Made by a program: the position numbers and the translations under genes
Shown here: piece after piece, positions 34,594-45,477 of the stretch
How the letters are laid out: each line of letters opens with the position of its first letter
How positions within the stretch are numbered: position 1 is the stretch's first letter
Source: an uncultured Dehalococcoidales bacterium
GTDB lineage: Bacteria > Chloroflexota > Dehalococcoidia > Dehalococcoidales > UBA5627
Reading direction: 5' to 3'
DNA: 64,000 bases
Assembly: GCA_964399425.1 (NCBI GenBank)
Contig: CAYNQR010000005.1
Span: 5,883 to 69,882, forward strand
The notes under the pieces: generated by a model
Seen by the model: the letters and a program-made list of their open reading frames with translations, nothing else
What the model was told of the DNA's origin: nothing
The model's database searches: none

Positions 34594-37500
34594 TTACTGC
34601 TCCTGTGTTCTATCTAAAACGTCCGGACGCTTTATAGGTATGTAAAAACTAAAAACACTGCCCTTGCCCTTTTGGCTTTTAAACCATATTCTACCTTTAT
34701 GAAGTTCTATTGTCTGTTTAACTAGTGATAGACCGATTCCCAATCCACTGAGTCTGCTTCTTTCACTGTTCAATCGACTATATGGTTTAAATATATACTT
34801 TTTCTCATCATCGTCTATGCCACAACCGGTATCAATTACACTAATAATAATATTTTGAGTTTTTTTAGCTTTAATTACAACAGTTCCATTTCTGGGAGTA
34901 TATTTAAAAGCATTATTTAAAAGATTTAATATCGCTTGTTTTATACGTTCTTCGTCACATTGAATAACAGGCAAATCCGGGTCAATTTCCAGTAACAAAT
35001 TTAACTCGTTTTTCTCAGCCTCGATTTTGGTATTTTTATATATTTCCAATAACAAACCTTGAATATCTACGGAACTATATTCCAATTGTAGAATGCCGAC
35101 TTCCATGCGAGCAATGTCCAGAAGTATATCAATCTTATCTGAGAGATTTATAGCGCTGGTGTTAATACTTCTAGCAAAACTTAATAATGGCTCCTCTCGG
35201 ATACTTGAAACCAGATAATCGCTTGCAGCCACCAAAGGGTTGAGAGGGGTTTTCAATTCATGAACTAACGCTCTGGTATATTTTATTCGGTTATCTATCT
35301 CATCTGCCAGTTTCTGTTCTGTTTTTTCAAGTAAGTGAATCTCTTTTTGTAATTCTAATGTTTTATTATCTAGTTCGGCAGTACGTTGGGAGACCTGCAT
35401 TTCGAGTATTTGTGCATGCCTAAATAAAGACCTTGTTCTGAACTTAATAAACGCTGCTACTGTTAGTAATGCTACAGCGATTAAGAAAAGTATAAACCAC
35501 CACTCCTGCCAAAACGGGGGTGTAATTATTATGATGAGCGATGCTCCTTCTTCATTCCAAATACCGTCCTTGTTACTAGCTATAACTCTAAAAATATATT
35601 CTCCACCAGGTATATTAGTATATTTAGCGATACGCTGATTTGCCCCGCTATATTGCCAATCCGAATCAAAACCATCCAATTTATAAGCATACATATTGTT
35701 ATACTGAGAGGAATAGTCCAAAGCGATAAAATTAATTATAAAAGAGTTATCAGAATAAGCTAAAGTAACCTCTTTTACTTCTTCGATAGGTTTGTCCAAT
35801 GACACCGGATTACCGTCAACAAGGTGAAAATCCTTTATATAGACTGGGGGGATATAAGTATCGATTTCAATTTTATCGGGGTAAAATGAAAATATTCCAT
35901 TAGTAGTACCGATAAAAATAGCTCCCTCTTCATTTTTGGCTATGGAGTTACGATAATTGATATACCCTCTAAGTCCATGGTCAAATCTATAGCTATTAAT
36001 GACATTAGAATCTGGAGAAATGCTATTAATTGTATTTTTTGTAGTTACCCATATTTTACCAGAATTATCTTCAATGATTCCTAAAATATGATTATCCGAA
36101 AGACCCTCTCTAATTGTATATGATGTGAAATTCCCCTCTTCTCTATTATATTTAAATAATCCGTCAATAGTACCTATCCATAAATTGTTGCTGCTATCTT
36201 CATATATGCTTTCTACCTGGCAACCAATAAACTCCACAAAACTTTGTGGTTCTTTAAAATAATGAATAAATTCTCCGTTTTCTGTATCATATCTATCCAA
36301 TCCATTGTTGGTACCCAACCACAGTTCATTATTACTGGTACCATATATTATATTAATTATATCGCCGATTATACTTGTTGAATCATCAGGGTTATGATTA
36401 TATCGAGTGAAAATATTGTTTTCATAGTCAAAATTGCAAAGCCCATCGTTTGTACCTATCCATAACAGATCAGTAACAGGGCATTGATACATTGTTCGAA
36501 CAGTACCATTTGAAATACTGTTGGGATTAAGTGGTTCATAATTATATATTGAATAATCAAATGTCTCCATGTCTATTCTTAGTAAACCTAATTGGCTTGT
36601 TCCTACCCACAAAAACCCTCTTTTGTCCATGTAAATACAATAAACTATAGCTGCGTCGATTTCTCCTGTTAACGATTTAAAGTCAATTAACTCTTCTATA
36701 GCTCTTCCATTACAGGCGAAATTCATAATGCTATTTAATCCGCCTAATAGCAATGTATTCTCAAAATTGTATATTGATCTAATCTCGTTATTTTTGATAG
36801 GGATATCATAGCGATAGTTGAAATGCTGCTTATCTGGATCGATGAAATACACCCCTTCCCTTGTCCCAATCCATAGTATGCCTTGTTCGTCTTCATAAAT
36901 AGCAAGTATACTGTTATTACCGATACTGCTGAGATTATCAGAGTCATAAAAATAACTGGTAAATACTCCGGTTTCCCGATCAAACGAGTTAAATCCATTT
37001 TCTGTACCAATCCATAATTTCCCGAATCTGTCTTCATATATCGCAGTAATATAGTTATCACTGATACTACCGGGATCATCGGGGTCATGAAAATAACCGG
37101 TAAATACTCCGGTTTCCCGATCAAACGAGTTAAGTCCATTTTCTGTTCCAAGCCACAATATTCCCCGACTGTCTACATAAACGCTTCGAATCCTATTATT
37201 ACTAATACTATCGGGATTATCCGGATTAAAAAAATAACTGGTAAATACTCCGGTTTCCCGATCAAACGAGTTAAGTCCATTTGCAGTTCCCAACCATAAT
37301 ATTCCCTGCCTATCTTCACAAATGCTTCTAATTCTATTATTACTAATACTATCGGGGTTATCCGGATCAAAATAATATCCGGTAAAAATACCGGTTTCTC
37401 GGTCAAACAAGTTTAGTCCATTTGAAGTACCAACCCATAGATTTTGATAGCTATCCTGATAAATAGACCTTATATGGTTGTCACTTACAGTTGTCAAATC

Positions 37501-37941
37501 GAAATACTCATTGAATAATCCCTTAAAGCCTTTAGATTTATCATCATAATAAAATAAACCATTCATGGTTCCAATCCAAAGAGTCTTATAACTATCCATG
37601 TAAATAGACCAAACATTGTTAAAAACATGATTATCCAAAGTACTTATTTCTTCAACATCACTACTATCATATTTAAATAAATAGCCATTTCCTCCGAACC
37701 ACAAATAACCGTAATGATCTTGTTCTATAGAATAAACAGGATTATCTGATAATACTTTATCTTTATCAAGTTTACTGAATACAACATTATTCTCAGACAA
37801 TATGGAATTAGCTTCTAATGAAATAATAGGGAAAGCACATAATGAAGCTAATAAACAAAATAGTGAAAATATAAATACAATTGTCACTGATTTTATTTTT
37901 ATCTTTCTTGAATTAATATTCATCTGTATAACACAAGACAT
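34594..37941 (-). CDS. sensor histidine kinase with extracytoplasmic double beta-propeller (Reg_prop repeats) and Y_Y_Y domain (pair 1)
   Basis: N-terminal TM, many roughly 47-aa repeats (LW(I/L)GT.NGL..FD...G.F), a YYY-type domain (YAYKLDGFDSDWQY...GEYIFRVIASNKDG), a second TM, H-box VHELKTPL and HATPase G-boxes. Confidence 0.85.
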   Translation of the reverse strand: MSCVIQMNINSRKIKIKSVTIVFIFSLFCLLASLCAFPIISLEANSILSENNVVFSKLDKDKVLSDNPVYSIEQDHYGYLWFGGNGYLFKYDSSDVEEISTLDNHVFNNVWSIYMDSYKTLWIGTMNGLFYYDDKSKGFKGLFNEYFDLTTVSDNHIRSIYQDSYQNLWVGTSNGLNLFDRETGIFTGYYFDPDNPDSISNNRIRSICEDRQGILWLGTANGLNSFDRETGVFTSYFFNPDNPDSISNNRIRSVYVDSRGILWLGTENGLNSFDRETGVFTGYFHDPDDPGSISDNYITAIYEDRFGKLWIGTENGFNSFDRETGVFTSYFYDSDNLSSIGNNSILAIYEDEQGILWIGTREGVYFIDPDKQHFNYRYDIPIKNNEIRSIYNFENTLLLGGLNSIMNFACNGRAIEELIDFKSLTGEIDAAIVYCIYMDKRGFLWVGTSQLGLLRIDMETFDYSIYNYEPLNPNSISNGTVRTMYQCPVTDLLWIGTNDGLCNFDYENNIFTRYNHNPDDSTSIIGDIINIIYGTSNNELWLGTNNGLDRYDTENGEFIHYFKEPQSFVEFIGCQVESIYEDSSNNLWIGTIDGLFKYNREEGNFTSYTIREGLSDNHILGIIEDNSGKIWVTTKNTINSISPDSNVINSYRFDHGLRGYINYRNSIAKNEEGAIFIGTTNGIFSFYPDKIEIDTYIPPVYIKDFHLVDGNPVSLDKPIEEVKEVTLAYSDNSFIINFIALDYSSQYNNMYAYKLDGFDSDWQYSGANQRIAKYTNIPGGEYIFRVIASNKDGIWNEEGASLIIIITPPFWQEWWFILFLIAVALLTVAAFIKFRTRSLFRHAQILEMQVSQRTAELDNKTLELQKEIHLLEKTEQKLADEIDNRIKYTRALVHELKTPLNPLVAASDYLVSSIREEPLLSFARSINTSAINLSDKIDILLDIARMEVGILQLEYSSVDIQGLLLEIYKNTKIEAEKNELNLLLEIDPDLPVIQCDEERIKQAILNLLNNAFKYTPRNGTVVIKAKKTQNIIISVIDTGCGIDDDEKKYIFKPYSRLNSERSRLSGLGIGLSLVKQTIELHKGRIWFKSQKGKGSVFSFYIPIKRPDVLDRTQEQ
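36859..37422. repeat. four tandem 141-bp units (47-aa propeller blades) inside the kinase gene
   Basis: The 42-nt block GGTAAATACTCCGGTTTCCCGATCAAACGAGTTAAGTCCATT is identical at 37099-37140 and 37240-37281. A copy at 36958-36999 has one mismatch, and a diverged copy sits at 37381-37422. Spacing is exactly 141 nt. Confidence 0.85.
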
Positions 37942-38358
37942 AATCCAGTATTCGCCCCGAAATAGTAGTTGCTATTATGAGTTTTTTATTTTCTAGAAAT
38001 GATCATACAGTAACAGAAATGATTGTGAAATGGCTATGAAATTTAAGGTAATGGTATACTAATTTTAAACAGAGGTCAATAGCAGATTCCTGAACTTTTG
38101 CATTGTACATTCTTCTCTTTAATTGTTCAATGAATCCATTAATCCATATTTATGAGATGATTACTTATAAGACATTTTTAGACATAACTATAAAATTTAT
38201 ACGGGATTTTCTCTTCATCCAGAATGTCCTGAAATTCACTAAAAGCTGACTGATGTTTATAATATCTTAGTTTAGGGATACCAATGGTTCCATTTTCTCA
38301 AATAAAGGTTGAGTGATGTCAGATTAAGTCAAGACTACTACATCTATATATTTATATA

Positions 38359-39042
38359 TCATGACGGTATAGATAATATATATCCTTGAGAAACCATAGT
38401 AAAGATATATTTAGGATTGGCAGGGTCTTCTTCTATTTTATTGCGAAGTCGTTTCATATATACTCTTATGGCTTCTTCGGAACCGGGATATTCCCTACCC
38501 CACAGAGCTTGAGCAAGTCTGTAATAAGTTACAACGGAATTGGCATTATTCATTAATTCGGCAAAGATTACGCATTCACTTCTTGTAAGAGAAATGTGTT
38601 TTTCGTTATATAATAATTCATGTTTGTAGGCATTTAACTGAAATTTTCCCTTTGTAAGAGAGGCTTTTTCAGCTAATATATCCAGTTTGTGTGTATTAGC
38701 TTTTATTCTGGCAATCAATTCCATCTGTCTAAAGGGTTTTACGATATAATCATTTGCTCCCAATCCTAATCCGGTAACTACATCCGCTTCTTCGCCACGG
38801 ATTGTTAAAATAATTACCGGCACATTTGAATATTGTCGTATTTGTTTTAGCACATCGAATCCATTAATATCAGGTAATCCAAGGTCAAGGATAACAATAT
38901 CCGGAGAAACTTCGTCCACCAATTGAATTCCTTCTTCTCCTAAACGTGTGGGTATAAACTCCGCCTCAGGCCAACATAACTTGAAGGTCATGGCTAATGA
39001 TTCCAGAATACGTTTGTCGTCATCAACAACAAGTATTTTCAT
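38359..39042 (-). CDS. OmpR/PhoB-family response regulator (pair 2)
   Basis: Paralogue of 33906..34592 (VVDDD, ILDLGLPDING, VKPF, AIRVYMKRLRNKIE). Confidence 0.85.
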   Translation of the reverse strand: MKILVVDDDKRILESLAMTFKLCWPEAEFIPTRLGEEGIQLVDEVSPDIVILDLGLPDINGFDVLKQIRQYSNVPVIILTIRGEEADVVTGLGLGANDYIVKPFRQMELIARIKANTHKLDILAEKASLTKGKFQLNAYKHELLYNEKHISLTRSECVIFAELMNNANSVVTYYRLAQALWGREYPGSEEAIRVYMKRLRNKIEEDPANPKYIFTMVSQGYILSIPS

Positions 39043-39083
39043 TTTAATATCTCCTCCTGTTGACTACTGAGATATAAATGTTC

Positions 39084-42000
39084 TCAGTTATTTACGGGAA
39101 TGGAAAAACCGAATGTACTTCCTTTATCTAGTTCGCTATCAACCCAGATATGTCCTCCATGCAATTCAACCAGTAATTTTGATAATGACAATCCCAATCC
39201 AAATCCGCCGAGATGTTTATCTCCTTCTGTTTGATGGTGAGAATCTTCAAATATATTATGTATTTTTTCCTTGCTTATACCACTTCCGTTATCTGCTACT
39301 TGAACTATCAGATTGTTATTAATTACATCTACTAAAATAACGATGCTTCCATTTCTAAAAGTATGTTTCAATGCATTATCGACAAGGTTATAAATAACCT
39401 GTACAATACGTTCTTTATCCATAATGACCAAAGGTAATTCTTCCGGAATAGAAAATTCCAAGGTTTTGCCTTCCGCCTCTATCAATAGGATTAAATCTTT
39501 CTTTAATAATGCAAAGAACTTGTTCAGGTGTACTTCCCGCCTTTTTAATTTCAGCAGTCCGATTTCACCTCTTGAAATATCAAGTAATTCTTCAATCCTA
39601 TGACTTAAACTGATAATGTCTTTATTAATACCCTCAGCAAGATCGATAAATGGATGAGATCGAGCTTGTGCCATCAGCATATCGTTAGTTAATTGAAGTG
39701 AAGTCAAAGGAGTTTTTAATTCGTGAACTAAAAATCTGCTGAATTCAGCTCGTTTATTCAGCTCTTTTTCAAGTTGGTCGGATTTACCTTTTAATAAATT
39801 CGTTCTTTTTTCGACCTGGTATTCAAGTTCCAGTGCCCGTCTGTGTAAAGTATGAGTTCTATACTTGATAACTAAATAAATCAGCCCAAATCCGATAATT
39901 ACCAAAGTTAATATAAACCACCATTGCTTCCAAAACGGTGTCTGAATAATGATTTTTAAAGAAATGCCTTCCTCGTTCCAGATCCCGTCATTATTAGAAG
40001 CGATAACCTTGAAAGTATACTCCCCATTTGGAATATTTGTATATGTTGCAAAACTCCTATCCGCATCGCAATAATGCCAATCATTATCGAATCCTTCCAA
40101 CATATAGGCATACTTATTATCCAGCGTCGAAGCATAATCCAAAGCGGCAAAATCAATTATGAATGTGTTATTGCTATAGGATAAAGTGATTTCGTCTGTA
40201 TCTTCAATCGGTTTACTTGTACTTAATCTATCTCCATTTACCCAAAAATCTGTAATTACAATAATCGGAATATTGGTATTTGTTTCGATTTCTGACGGGT
40301 TGAATGAAGTCAGACCGCTTAATCCGCCGAAAAACATCTTACCATCTTCGTTTTTATAACATGACCCCTGATTAAATTCATCTCCCTGAATGCCGTCATT
40401 TTTACTGTAATTTATAAATAATTCCGTATCAGGATTGAATTTCGATAATCCTCCATACGTGCCTAACCATAAATTTCCATCGTCGTCCTCGAGTATTCCG
40501 TTAATACGGTTATTTCTCAGCCCGTTTTTTATCGTATAATGGATGAAGTTGTTCGTATTTCTATCATATTTGTTAAGTCCGTATGTTGTACCTACCCAGA
40601 GGTTTTGCATGCTGTCTTCATATAAATATGTTATAGCATTACTGCTGATACTGTTGGAATTATTGTTATCAAAAAAGTAATGTGTAAATATTCCGGTTGC
40701 TTGATCATATTTGTTTAACCCATTGTTAGTACCGACCCATAAAACACCATAGCTGTCCTCTAAAATTGTCTCAATTACACTGCTGCTAATGCCGTACTTA
40801 TTATTCGGATCATAGAAAAAGTTTATAAATGTCTCGGTAAGAGGGTCAAATTTATCCAACCCGTAATCCGTTCCCAGCCATAGGTAACCGTAGCTATCTT
40901 GATAAATGAATCTAACCAGGTTGTCGCTGAGGCTATTTGAATCATTTGCATCATGCAAATAGAGAACAGATGAACCAGTATATAAATTATATTTCACAAG
41001 ACCATGTGAAGTTCCTATCCATAGACTCTCGTTACAATCCTCACATAGCGAAAATACAACACTAACTCTGACAAGAGTGTATTCCCGGGTTTCATAATCG
41101 TATTTATTCAACCCGTTATCTGTACCTATCCATAAATTGCCGAGGCTGTCCTCTAAAACAGACAATACCATATTATTAGACAGGCTATTGGTATTATATA
41201 ATTGTCTTTGATAATGTATAAAGGCATCACTGCGATGGTTGTATTTGTTTACGCCTCCGCTTAGAGTACCAAACCAGAGATTGTTTCCGTCATCTTGACA
41301 AATTGACCATATGGAGCGGTCACTGATGCTGTTAGAGATATCAGGATTGTCTATATAGCTATCGAATGTTCCGGTTTCGCTGTTGAATCTGTTCAGCCCA
41401 TTGTTAGTACCAATCCATAAGTAACGTTCTGTATCTTCCAACAATGTGTATATAATATTACTGCTGATACTCGCAGGGTTATTGGGGTCATAAGAATAAA
41501 GAGTAAATACCCCTGTTTGGTAATCAAATTTATTTAGACCGCTCGTCGTTCCAATCCAGAGTATTCCATTACTATCCTCGCAAATCGCCCTGATATTGTT
41601 ACTGCTAAGGCTGTCTGTATTGCCTGTTTGATTAAAATAGTGTCCGAAGGTCTCCGTTTCTCTATCGAATACATTCAGACCATTATTGGTGCCTATCCAC
41701 AGTTTATTATGGCTGTCTTCATATATTGCCCTGATATTATTATTGCTGATGCTGCCCGAATCATCTTTCCGATTCAGATAACAACTGAATATCCCCGTTT
41801 CTCTATCTAAAATATTTAAACCTTTATCGGTACCAATCCATAGAGTGTGGTTGCTGTCTTCATAGATGGAGAGAACTGTGTTGCTGCTAAGGCTACTTGA
41901 ATTATCAGGATTGTTTAAATAGCGGGTAAAAGTATCTGTTGTTCTATTATATCTGTTCAGCCCATTGATAGTTCCGACCCATAGAACACCGTCGCTGTCC

Positions 42001-42341
42001 TCATATAATGTTTTTATGTAACTGTCGGATAGCGATGTTTCATCATATGGATTATATCTGTAAATAGTGAATTTGGTGCCATCATACTTATTCAAACCGT
42101 CTTTCGTGCCGAACCACATATATCCGTATTTATCCTGTACGATTGCATAAACGGAATTTTGAGAAAGCCCGTTGTCGGTTGTGATGCTTTCGAACTTCAA
42201 CGGATAGCCGGAGGTTGCAGATATTCCCATTTCAGGAGTGAGAATAAATATACTTAAAATCAATATGGCTACAAAAATATAAATATATTTATTACCTAAC
42301 TTCACAGTATTCTCATTCCTCCCTTCCAAATAATATACCAC
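39084..42341 (-). CDS. sensor histidine kinase with double beta-propeller and Y_Y_Y domain (pair 2)
   Basis: Same architecture as 34594..37941: propeller repeats, YAYMLEGFDNDWHY...GEYTFKVIASNNDG, a TM, H-box VHELKTPL and HATPase motifs. Confidence 0.85.
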   Translation of the reverse strand: MVYYLEGRNENTVKLGNKYIYIFVAILILSIFILTPEMGISATSGYPLKFESITTDNGLSQNSVYAIVQDKYGYMWFGTKDGLNKYDGTKFTIYRYNPYDETSLSDSYIKTLYEDSDGVLWVGTINGLNRYNRTTDTFTRYLNNPDNSSSLSSNTVLSIYEDSNHTLWIGTDKGLNILDRETGIFSCYLNRKDDSGSISNNNIRAIYEDSHNKLWIGTNNGLNVFDRETETFGHYFNQTGNTDSLSSNNIRAICEDSNGILWIGTTSGLNKFDYQTGVFTLYSYDPNNPASISSNIIYTLLEDTERYLWIGTNNGLNRFNSETGTFDSYIDNPDISNSISDRSIWSICQDDGNNLWFGTLSGGVNKYNHRSDAFIHYQRQLYNTNSLSNNMVLSVLEDSLGNLWIGTDNGLNKYDYETREYTLVRVSVVFSLCEDCNESLWIGTSHGLVKYNLYTGSSVLYLHDANDSNSLSDNLVRFIYQDSYGYLWLGTDYGLDKFDPLTETFINFFYDPNNKYGISSSVIETILEDSYGVLWVGTNNGLNKYDQATGIFTHYFFDNNNSNSISSNAITYLYEDSMQNLWVGTTYGLNKYDRNTNNFIHYTIKNGLRNNRINGILEDDDGNLWLGTYGGLSKFNPDTELFINYSKNDGIQGDEFNQGSCYKNEDGKMFFGGLSGLTSFNPSEIETNTNIPIIVITDFWVNGDRLSTSKPIEDTDEITLSYSNNTFIIDFAALDYASTLDNKYAYMLEGFDNDWHYCDADRSFATYTNIPNGEYTFKVIASNNDGIWNEEGISLKIIIQTPFWKQWWFILTLVIIGFGLIYLVIKYRTHTLHRRALELEYQVEKRTNLLKGKSDQLEKELNKRAEFSRFLVHELKTPLTSLQLTNDMLMAQARSHPFIDLAEGINKDIISLSHRIEELLDISRGEIGLLKLKRREVHLNKFFALLKKDLILLIEAEGKTLEFSIPEELPLVIMDKERIVQVIYNLVDNALKHTFRNGSIVILVDVINNNLIVQVADNGSGISKEKIHNIFEDSHHQTEGDKHLGGFGLGLSLSKLLVELHGGHIWVDSELDKGSTFGFSIPVNN

Positions 42342-42723
42342 TCTTTTGAAGCTATTTTAATAGATATTACTACTTTGTAACACGCAAATATCGATTGTTA
42401 TGGCTATGTTATAGCTCAAATATTACCATATAAGTTGTTTAAAAATTCTATAGAGAAATTTTTTGAGGACGATAGAAGCTGGTATTTTCATTATTCTCGT
42501 AATATGTCTGTTGCCGGAACAAATATTAAAAATATATTAATCAGAATAATCTGAAATACGGTTGTTGAAGACAAGTTAATTGATTTGATAACTCACATAT
42601 ATTTATTATTTGTTTTCTTCTTTCATTCTATAACATATAGCAAATAAATTAACAAATGGAGGTGATGCCTATTCAGCATCTTTTTTAAAAATATCTGTAA
42701 TTTTTTAATAAGGAGTAAATAGC

Positions 42724-44505
42724 TTGAAAGAAAACAAGAATAAAACAACTGAAAAAGTTGAAAAAAAGCCAACTGAGGAAGTATCCAGACGGAACTTCCT
42801 GTTGGGTGCGGGGACTGTAGTTGCCGGCGGAATTATCGGCGGTGGCTTACTCGCGAGTTGTAAAGGTGAAACCACAGTTACAAAAACCGTTGAAATTCCT
42901 ACCACCAAAACGATTTCTACTACCGTACAGGTTCCGACAACTGTTATTTCGACAGTACAAGGTTCAGCATCTACGATAACTTCAACTAAGACAACTACTA
43001 TAACTGCCGAAGCTGATAAATTTTGGTTGCCTGCAAAGTGGGATTATGAGTATGACATTGTATGCATCGGTGGTGGCGGCGCAAGCGCGTCATGTGCAAT
43101 AACTGCTACTGATTTGGGTGCTAAATGTTTGATGTTGGAAAAGGCTCCCGAAATCTACCAGGGTGGAAATACCAGCGTATCCGGTGGTGAGGTGTATTCT
43201 CACCAGAATGTCGAGGATTTTGTAAAATATCTGACAGGTCTCAATGGCGCATATGTAATGGATCCGGCTTACGTCAGAAAAATGGCAGAGATGATGGCAG
43301 ACAACGGCAACTATATGAACACCACCCTCGATTGTTTGAATCTGACAGGTCTCGAAGTAACCTGGCGTCCATGGGAGGAATTTCCCGAATTAGAGGGCGT
43401 TGAGAATTCCGGTTGCTGGATTGTCGGCCCTAAAGGTGCAGACAGCGGTTACGGTAAACAGTTATGGGATCTCTATAAAGCTAACTTAGACAAAAGAAAT
43501 ATCGAAATATGGTTCGAATCACCGGCAAAGCACCTGATTCAAAATCCGCAAACAAAAGAAATCATTGGGGTAATTGCGGAGAAACAGGGAACCATTGTCT
43601 ATATTAAAGCCAAGAAGGCTGTGTTACTGGCCTGCGGAGGTTTTAATAATAATCAGGATATGCACAAGGATTTTCTGCACAGGATATCCGGTTATCCTAA
43701 GGGAACTCCGTATTCGACAGGCGACGGTATCAAAATGGGGCTTGAGGTTGGCGCAGACCTTTGGCATTGCGGCAACTCTGCCGGTCCCCTTCTTGAGTTT
43801 GTAGATACGGAAACCGGTATCAGGATGGCAGGCAGCCCCGGTTCAAATACAAATTGTATTCATGTCGGTGCCGACGGAACCAGATTTGTAAACGAGGCAG
43901 AAAGTCAGAGACATGGAAAAGTTATGCGCCACGGACAATGGGAAGCATATCCGACTCCATTACCTATCCATGCGATTTTTGACCATACGGCATTTAGTGC
44001 CAGAGCGTTTGGAGATACCACACAAAGGACATCCGGATTGGGGTGGAATCCTATTAAGGGTGTTTATCAGTGGAGTGCCGATAACAGTGCCGAAGTAGCA
44101 AAAGGCTGGATTAAGAAGGCCAATACAATCAGAGAGCTGGCAGTTCTTATCGGTAAAGACCCGGATATCCTTGAAGCAACAGTGAATAAATGGAATCAAT
44201 CCTGCGCGAACGGTGTCGATGAAGAATTCGGCAGGCCCGCAAACAGGTTGTTCCCCGTAGAAACCGCGCCGTATTATGCAATGGAATTATTCCCGACTTA
44301 CTACAATACACAGGGCGGACCTCGACGCAATGTAAAAACTGAGATTCTGGATCCGTTTGGAAATCCGATACCCAGATTATATGGTGGCGGCGAATGTGGT
44401 TCCCCATTCGCGCACCAATATAACGGCGGTATGAACAATGGCGATGCTATGGCTTTTGGACGTATTACAGCTCAGGAAGCCGTTGCATTGCAACCCTGGG
44501 GTTAA
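42724..44505 (+). CDS. FAD-dependent oxidoreductase, fumarate reductase/flavocytochrome-c flavoprotein-like (FAD_binding_2 type), Tat-lipoprotein
   Basis: SRRNFLLGAG followed by lipobox LLASC and a Thr-rich linker. Dinucleotide fold YDIVCIGGGGASASCA..E and a C-terminal NTQGGPRRN...IPRLYGGGECG. TTG start with AAGGAG SD. Confidence 0.8.
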   Translation: MKENKNKTTEKVEKKPTEEVSRRNFLLGAGTVVAGGIIGGGLLASCKGETTVTKTVEIPTTKTISTTVQVPTTVISTVQGSASTITSTKTTTITAEADKFWLPAKWDYEYDIVCIGGGGASASCAITATDLGAKCLMLEKAPEIYQGGNTSVSGGEVYSHQNVEDFVKYLTGLNGAYVMDPAYVRKMAEMMADNGNYMNTTLDCLNLTGLEVTWRPWEEFPELEGVENSGCWIVGPKGADSGYGKQLWDLYKANLDKRNIEIWFESPAKHLIQNPQTKEIIGVIAEKQGTIVYIKAKKAVLLACGGFNNNQDMHKDFLHRISGYPKGTPYSTGDGIKMGLEVGADLWHCGNSAGPLLEFVDTETGIRMAGSPGSNTNCIHVGADGTRFVNEAESQRHGKVMRHGQWEAYPTPLPIHAIFDHTAFSARAFGDTTQRTSGLGWNPIKGVYQWSADNSAEVAKGWIKKANTIRELAVLIGKDPDILEATVNKWNQSCANGVDEEFGRPANRLFPVETAPYYAMELFPTYYNTQGGPRRNVKTEILDPFGNPIPRLYGGGECGSPFAHQYNGGMNNGDAMAFGRITAQEAVALQPWG

Positions 44506-44594
44506 AACCTCTTAAAAAATCTATAAATTTATAGGGTTGAAAACTGCTGGTGAGGGTCTGAAATTTCAGATTCTCACCAGTATATATCTTGTAG

Positions 44595-45242
44595 ATGGGA
44601 AGGAAGGTGTTTATTATTTTGAAATTTCAAAAACAGAAAATAATATCTGCATCACTATCCGGTTTAATACTAATAGTCCTCGTCCTGTATGCTTTCTTGG
44701 TTGGTGGCGCTTCGATGAAAAAAGCGTCTGCAGGGGAGGAAGAAACTTTTACTTATGATATCGACAATTTAATGTCTTTTTATGTCGATTCACGTAATGA
44801 CGACGGCACATTATTATACGGTCATTATAGTACAAATGAAGGAAATTCAGAGGATATAACCTGTATTAGTTGTCATGATCTGGACACATTACGTAAATTG
44901 TATTTACTTTGCGATTCCGATGCACTGGAGCAGGCAAATGTAGAGATGTCTTCCTCAAACGAATTCTGTCTTGTATGCCATGGGTCATACGAAGAGTTGT
45001 CTGAGTTGACAGCCGATTACAGGGAGTTCATTGATTTAGAAAATAATATTGCAAATCCGCATGAATTCGGTGGGGGATTGACTGCAGAACATAAAGTTTC
45101 GTTATGCAGTTCTTGTCATACTTCGATACATCGCACTTCAAATGCTCTTTCCTCTGCTTATATTTTTTGCTGGGATTGCCACCATGCTGGGGTTTTTGAA
45201 TGTTACACTTGTCATGAGTTGGAAGAACATCAGTTGAAATAA
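44595..45242 (+). CDS. membrane-anchored pentaheme c-type cytochrome
   Basis: Five CxxCH motifs (CISCH, CLVCH, CSSCH, CWDCH, CYTCH) after one N-terminal TM. The start may be TTG 44619, which is better spaced from the SD. Confidence 0.8.
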   Translation: MGRKVFIILKFQKQKIISASLSGLILIVLVLYAFLVGGASMKKASAGEEETFTYDIDNLMSFYVDSRNDDGTLLYGHYSTNEGNSEDITCISCHDLDTLRKLYLLCDSDALEQANVEMSSSNEFCLVCHGSYEELSELTADYREFIDLENNIANPHEFGGGLTAEHKVSLCSSCHTSIHRTSNALSSAYIFCWDCHHAGVFECYTCHELEEHQLK

Positions 45243-45477
45243 GCCAGAATTTAACGTTTTATGGTAATTTAGCCGCGTTTTCTAAGAAAAAATAGCTGAA
45301 TTTAAACCATATTTAATTTTAGTTATGAATAATGTTAGCAGAAAATATAATGGTTGTTAAGATATATTTGATCTCTAAGCTAGAGGACAACAGGCAAGTA
45401 TATCCACAATTTTGTTGATAAGTTATAAGCAAGTTAATTGAGTAAAATCGATTATAACAAAGGGTAAATAATTAGAT

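Noticed and set aside
36744-37406. ORFs in alternative frames or strands across the 141-bp repeats with repeating peptide strings (MDLTRLIGKPEYLPVIF...), and the possibility of a CRISPR-like array
   Set aside because: The periodicity is explained by in-frame propeller-blade repeats of the kinase. The units are contiguous with no unique spacers and there are no cas genes, so this is neither a CRISPR array nor a set of separate genes.
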